Assembly: GCF_009914755.1 (NCBI RefSeq)
Contig: NC_060942.1
Length of the DNA: 64,000 bases
Reading direction: 5' to 3' (one strand)
Source: the human T2T-CHM13v2.0 reference genome, Homo sapiens
How positions within the stretch are numbered: position 1 is the stretch's first letter; each line of letters begins with the position of its first letter. A model generated the notes under the pieces. That model was not told the DNA's origin. It was given only the letters and a program-made list of their open reading frames with translations, and did not search any database. The position numbers and the translations under genes are program-made. Shown piece after piece: positions 58,936 through 64,000 of this stretch.

Positions 58936-60349
58936 TACAGTTTCTCTTTAATAGGTGACTTTATTTTCCAGCAAATTGATGACTATATCATACGTCTTAT
59001 GTCATGTTTCCCTCAAATAAATAATATCAATTTGTTAACTTCTTCATTGTCTACATTGTCTTAGATTGGCATCCTTTGAATATTCCTTGTGTACATTGCC
59101 TCATTAAATTACAAATTCAGAATTGAGCATGTAGAGGTTTTGACAGTTTTGAGTACCTAATGGGAAAGTTGCCAAGCACTTCCCACACTCTGAATTCTCA
59201 TTTAGCATGCCAATGCCATAATTACTTCTTTAATAACAGAATCGCTGAGCTGACTCATATTTAATATGCTTTCTGAAGTGACCAATGGACTTCTTTCTGT
59301 GGTGCTCTTATTTCAGATTTCCTACATGCTCTGTCTGTATAATTTGCTTTATAAGTATCCTGAGAATTCCTACCACTTATCAAGTTTGTGCAGCTATTAT
59401 CCAGTCCTAATCATTTTATTTTCAAATTAAATTATTTTATAAATATGCAATTTTTTAAAAATTTGAAGGCTTTCCTACTAGTTTTATCTGAGAAAGTTTT
59501 AATATAGATATGGTATAAAAGAAGGAATATATTATATAAATTCTAAATATTATTTCTTTATCACTAGCCATAGGTGCAGCTTAAAAACTCTTAATTCTAA
59601 AGATGCACCTCAATCTACTTCTTAGAAATATTTGTGTGTGTTTGTATATGTGTACTTATTCACAGATGTATAAGTTGATATACTAGGACTCTTAAAAGTA
59701 GAAACAGTCTAGTCTTGACAACTTACAAACTTCAGCCCTCTAAGAATATCTTAAATATATCCATGAGAAAAACTGTCTTATTATATTATAAAACCACCAC
59801 CATGGGCCTTTTTGTTTTGCACAAATAAATCAATTGCAACACCTTTTTCCTGAAAAATATCTTAAGCGCAGTGTAACTTAAATGCAGTTGTTTCAGTCAG
59901 AGACAATAACTATTCTGGATAGTCATATAAATTATGTCTCCACAGATATTGATGCTTTGGTGGAAAAATGTTCTTTTTCTCCATATGAATTTAGTGATTT
60001 GTACTTGTGCTTAGATATTTTTATTGAAACAGTTAGCATTACAAAAACTGTAAGTAGAGACACTGGGGACTCTATGTGGACATGCAGGTATATTCCTGGT
60101 CTTATACTGGAGGAGGAGCTGGAAGTGTCTGAGAATGGATGGATCTCAGCTTGATGCAGCTTCATGCTGACAAATCTGTTGGTAACCCACCATTCCTACA
60201 GAACTGCAGGACTGCGGAAAAAATTCTGAAGTTAGATTAGTTTATTCTGAGGGGTTTTGAGGGCTCTAGAGCAAGGCCTCTTGCCTCTGGATGGGGATGT
60301 AGTTTACTCTTAAGGGGATGGATTTACCTACTGAATTGTCAACCATCCC

Positions 60350-61127
60350 TTTTAAATCTATATTTATTCCAGTCTCATGGTTTTAAATAAAACATATGCT
60401 GAAAACTTCTAAATTTTTAACTTCAGTCAAAATCCCTTCCTTAAACCCCATATTCATGTATCCAATTGCCTTGTCAAAATATCCACTTGGATGTTTAATA
60501 CATTTCAAACTCAACATGTATTTAAAACTGAGCTCCTCATCTTCCCCAACAAACTTACTCGTCCTTCAGTTTTCTTCTTTCAGTTCCAGACAATTCTACT
60601 CCTTCATTTGTAAATAAACCCTTAGATTCCTTTCAATGTCTCATACCCCATATCTGACACATCTCTCAACTCTATATTCAGAATATCTCTTTAACCTGAT
60701 CAACGCTTAGCCACCCTGACTGCCACCACCAGTCTAATACACCAAAATCTCTCCCCTGGATTATTGCAATAGCCTCTTACCTGATTGCTCTTCTCTGCCC
60801 TGACTCCCCTCCAGGCTATTGTCAACAAGGCAACCTGGTAACTCTCAATCCAATGGTGTTACTTCTCTGCTTGGTGCAATCCACTCTTCCTCAGAGCACC
60901 TGACAATGGTCTACAAGGTCCCTTACAGTCTGATTCCCCTCATATCCACTATGCCCACCCCCAACCCCATCTACCCACAACTCTGACTTCATCTCCTGAT
61001 ATGGCCCCGTTTTTCATGTCACTATAGACACATTGGCTTCTTTACTGTTCCTTACACATGTGAGAAATCCTCCCAACTCAGGGCCTTTGTATCTGTTGGT
61101 CCTTGTGCCAAGAATGCTTTTCCTCCA
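60350..61127 (+). mobile_element. L2 fragment
   Basis: TCCACTTGGATGTTTAATA, TCAAACTCAACATG, CCTGGATTATTGCAATAGCCTC, CTCAGGGCCTTTG. Confidence 0.8.
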
Positions 61128-61245
61128 TGCAATGGACTGAATATTTGTATGCTCTCAAAATTCACATGTTGATATCATGACCCTCAACACGATGGAGATG
61201 AGGCCTTTGAGAAATAATGAGGTCATGAGAGTGGAGTCCTCCATG
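61128..61245 (+). mobile_element. 5' fragment of MLT1A-like LTR
   Basis: TGCAATGGACTGAATATTTGT...CAAAATTCACATGTTGA...GGCCTTTGAGA...GGTCATGAGAGTGGAG. Confidence 0.75.
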
Positions 61246-62256
61246 CATGTGTTCTAACCAAAGAATGCACTAAAAACCATAACACAGAGCTGTTCGATAT
61301 AGTTCAGAAACTTTAGTTTTAGTTGAAACAAACTACTATGGGCACATTTTACTTGGGAAACACAAACATTAAAGAGATCCAAGGATCCCCCATTTTTTTC
61401 CGTCAGTGAAATATATTCAGAAGGATATAGGGAGGCAACACCACTTTAGGATGAAATTTGAATCCACATTTTTGATTTAGGAGACTGGTTTTACTGAAAG
61501 AGTGCCTCAAGCCCCTGAGGATGAATCCCCAGTAAACAAGATCCAATCCATGGGGCCTGATCAGACACCATGTTTTCCATCTTGCTGCCAGTGTGGGACC
61601 CTGGTTATAATCCAAAAAGATGGAGCCATGTGAGTACTTTAACCTCGTAACTACTAGGCCTTATCAGAATAGAATTGCTCTTGGGGGTGGGGGAGGGGTT
61701 AAAATAAAAATACATATATATATAGTGTGCATGTATCTATATGTACACACAGTATATACATTCTATTTGTGAAGATAAATGGTTTAGATATACTTTTATG
61801 GTTATGCAGGGCATAAGAATTGTATAGCCAAGGTGGATTTTTAAGGGAAGTGAGTGATACAGCAACCTATACAACTATATAAATTTACAAAAAAGTTGAT
61901 GGCCACTGCCAAGAGAAAGAGTATGGGATATCTGGGACTCAGAATTGAGGTCATTAGGTAACCAGAGAACTGCCTGGCTTTATCTCCAAGTTTGGGGCAT
62001 GTCCCTGGCTCTGTATGTAGAGATATCTTGCATCATCTTCCTCTGGGACTCCATTCACCATCCAGATCACCCTTAAACCTAAATGCAGGTGCTTTTGAAC
62101 CTTGCTTAGTGCTTTGTGAGAAGAGATTCTGAGAAAACTGGTGAAGGGACTGGGCTTTGTGGCTGAGTGCAGAGCAAAAGGTAATAGTGTAAGCAGATGC
62201 AGCGTCCACCATCAGTGATGACCATGACTGAATAAATTACTTATATTTCACGAGGC

Positions 62257-62378
62257 AACAAAGTTCCATTGACTTCAGGGCTTTCGAGTGAGAATGTGGG
62301 AGAGATAAAGAAAGAGAGAAACAAGTTCCATTGATTTCAAGGGCTTTAGAGGCGGAATTTGGGAGAGAGAAAGAAAGA
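62257..62378. repeat. ~62-bp diverged tandem duplication
   Basis: AAGTTCCATTGA(C/T)TTCA.GGGCTTT.GAG...GAAT.TGGGAGAGA.AAAGAAAG occurs twice. Confidence 0.85.
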
Positions 62379-62959
62379 AGCAGGAAGGAAATAAAGGTCA
62401 GTATATACTTCTGACCTTTTATCCCAAGCATTTCCTCACAGCATTAGCTGCCTTCTTCTCTTGCTGTCCACACAATATCCACTGTGGGAGTAATGAAACT
62501 CTTCCAGGAAGCTATGTAGAGACCACTAAAATGCGTGAGCAGCTCAAAGCCCCATCCTACCTCAAGAGAGCAGTTAATCCCATGCCTCTTGTCCCCATCA
62601 CAGCCTCAAATGCCAGTCCCTTTGTCATCTCCATCTTTCTAGACTCATTCCCTAATGTTTGATTTTTCCTTCCACCTCACTCATTTTTGACCTAAGCAAC
62701 ATTTTACCTAACCTTCCCATTATTCTGAACTTTTACAATATATGGTTGACAGGGCCTCAGCTGAGAGATTAGACACCGTTGGTTTTAGGAAGCACTCAGA
62801 CATGGGTGACTTTTTAAAGCCCCAGGAGGTGATTCTAATGTGCAGTGCAATAAGAATCTTAACCCTCCATGCTCCCCAGATTCTAGTCCTATCTTCAACT
62901 TAGTTTTCCTCTCCAAATCCTGCCCTTCCTCCAAGTTCTTTCAAGTTTGGACTGTTTCT

Positions 62960-63545
62960 CAGAAAGCCCAGATGCCTCCGGCCAGGAGGTGTGACTCACC
63001 ATCTGGCTCCTAAATGCTGTATGAAATTCCTGAAATAACTCATCCTCCTTGGAGTTCTGCCTTTCCTGACCCCCACATCATTTTCCCACCTGCTGTTCAT
63101 TTTCCAAGCCAACTTCTACCATCATTCTGGGGACTTCTATGAATGTGTAAATCACCCATTTTTTACCCTGGCTTCATGGTTCTTTGACCTTCACAATTAA
63201 TTCCAGTCATCTCCTTATTTCCTTCTCTTCAGCATGAACACAATTGGAGCTTTGTCATTACCCACAACTGTCGCACCTCAGAAAGTGTATTCACCAACAC
63301 TAACCTGCTAAGCATAATCTCCTGTCCTTCCAGCTCATACCTGCAATAACTTCAGTCTACCCCTAGTGTAGACCATTTGATCTGGTCTCTGCACTTCTCC
63401 AATTTCTCCTGTCTTCCCCCTGTTCAGGGCTTCACTTGATTCAACCTATTCCTCTAGGCACATTATATTAATCATTTCCTCACCATCTCTCTCAATCCCC
63501 TCTTGTTGGAATGCCCCTGTCCTGCTATTCCATTCCCACCCTCTG
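62960..63545 (+). mobile_element. L2 ORF2 (endonuclease region) remnant
   Basis: ATCATTCTGGGGACTTC (an ILGDF-like motif) in C/T-rich L2-type sequence. Confidence 0.55.
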
Positions 63546-63639
63546 TGATATACATATTTATGGTATCTGATCTTGGTTTTGTGATCACAAAGAGAATAAA
63601 TGTATTCTAACACTTGCCAGTAGAATGTTCCATTAGCCA

Positions 63640-63840
63640 CAAAAGTGAACATAACGTTATTGTCACATCAACCTTAAGAGGCAGTTGCAATTATTATTGC
63701 CATTTTACAGATGAGGAAAATGAAGCTTAGAAAGGTAAATAACTTACCCACAGCCACACAGGTGGTGAACACTGGAGCCTACATTTAAACCATTGTCCAT
63801 TTAACTCTTGAGATTGAGTTCTTGAGCTGCGATGCTACAA
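63640..63840 (-). mobile_element. MIR
   Basis: CCATTTTACAGATGAGGAAAATGAAGCTTAGAAAGGTAAATAACTTACCCA core. Confidence 0.8.
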
Positions 63841-64000
63841 TGCCTCTATATATACCATTACAACCGTTTTCAAAGGGGTCTAAATGATGAGGTTGCTATT
63901 TAAGTTTTGTTTCTCTATTCAATCAATTATGTTACAAAAATATGATTTGGTTACGTGTTATATTGCAAAATTACTTGTAAAGTAAAATAATCAGTAATTT

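Noticed and set aside
59882-60165. Overlapping 90-aa and 77-aa ORFs in unique sequence
   Set aside because: No recognisable homology and no convincing splice-site pair; lengths are within chance expectation.
61682-61700. G-rich tract GGGGGTGGGGGAGGGG as a G-quadruplex
   Set aside because: It has only three G-runs. The four-run tract at ~56818-56839 is the standard L1 3'UTR feature, not novel.

Overview
This is AT-rich, CpG-depleted hominid (human-like) genomic DNA, intergenic or deep intronic, and dominated by interspersed repeats. I recognise no cellular protein-coding gene, RNA gene, CpG island or prokaryotic system. The only long ORFs belong to a full-length young LINE-1 (L1PA2-like, 50959-57022, +). 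Its ORF1 has a nonsense codon. Its ORF2 keeps the EN and RT domains in frame but frameshifts before the C-terminal domain. Other major elements are a full-length ~8 kb old L1 (L1MA2/3-like, 19615-27614) with TSDs, a 5'-truncated L1PA15/16, a complete two-LTR MSTA MaLR provirus with TATAG TSDs, a decayed ERV-L pro/pol/dUTPase remnant, solo THE1/MST/MLT1 LTRs, six Alus plus a FLAM, and MER DNA transposons, MIRs and L2s. Subfamily names come from my recollection of consensus diagnostics, not from a search. I found no convincing novel biological system. The most interesting observations are small-scale: a 25-nt TSD-flanked micro-retroinsertion that supplies a candidate splice acceptor, an internal L1 fragment captured in an LTR without TPRT hallmarks, templated-insertion repair scars, a putative micro 3' transduction, a close inverted Alu pair, a CpG-retaining CTCF-like site with a nearby motif cluster, and several candidate exons.
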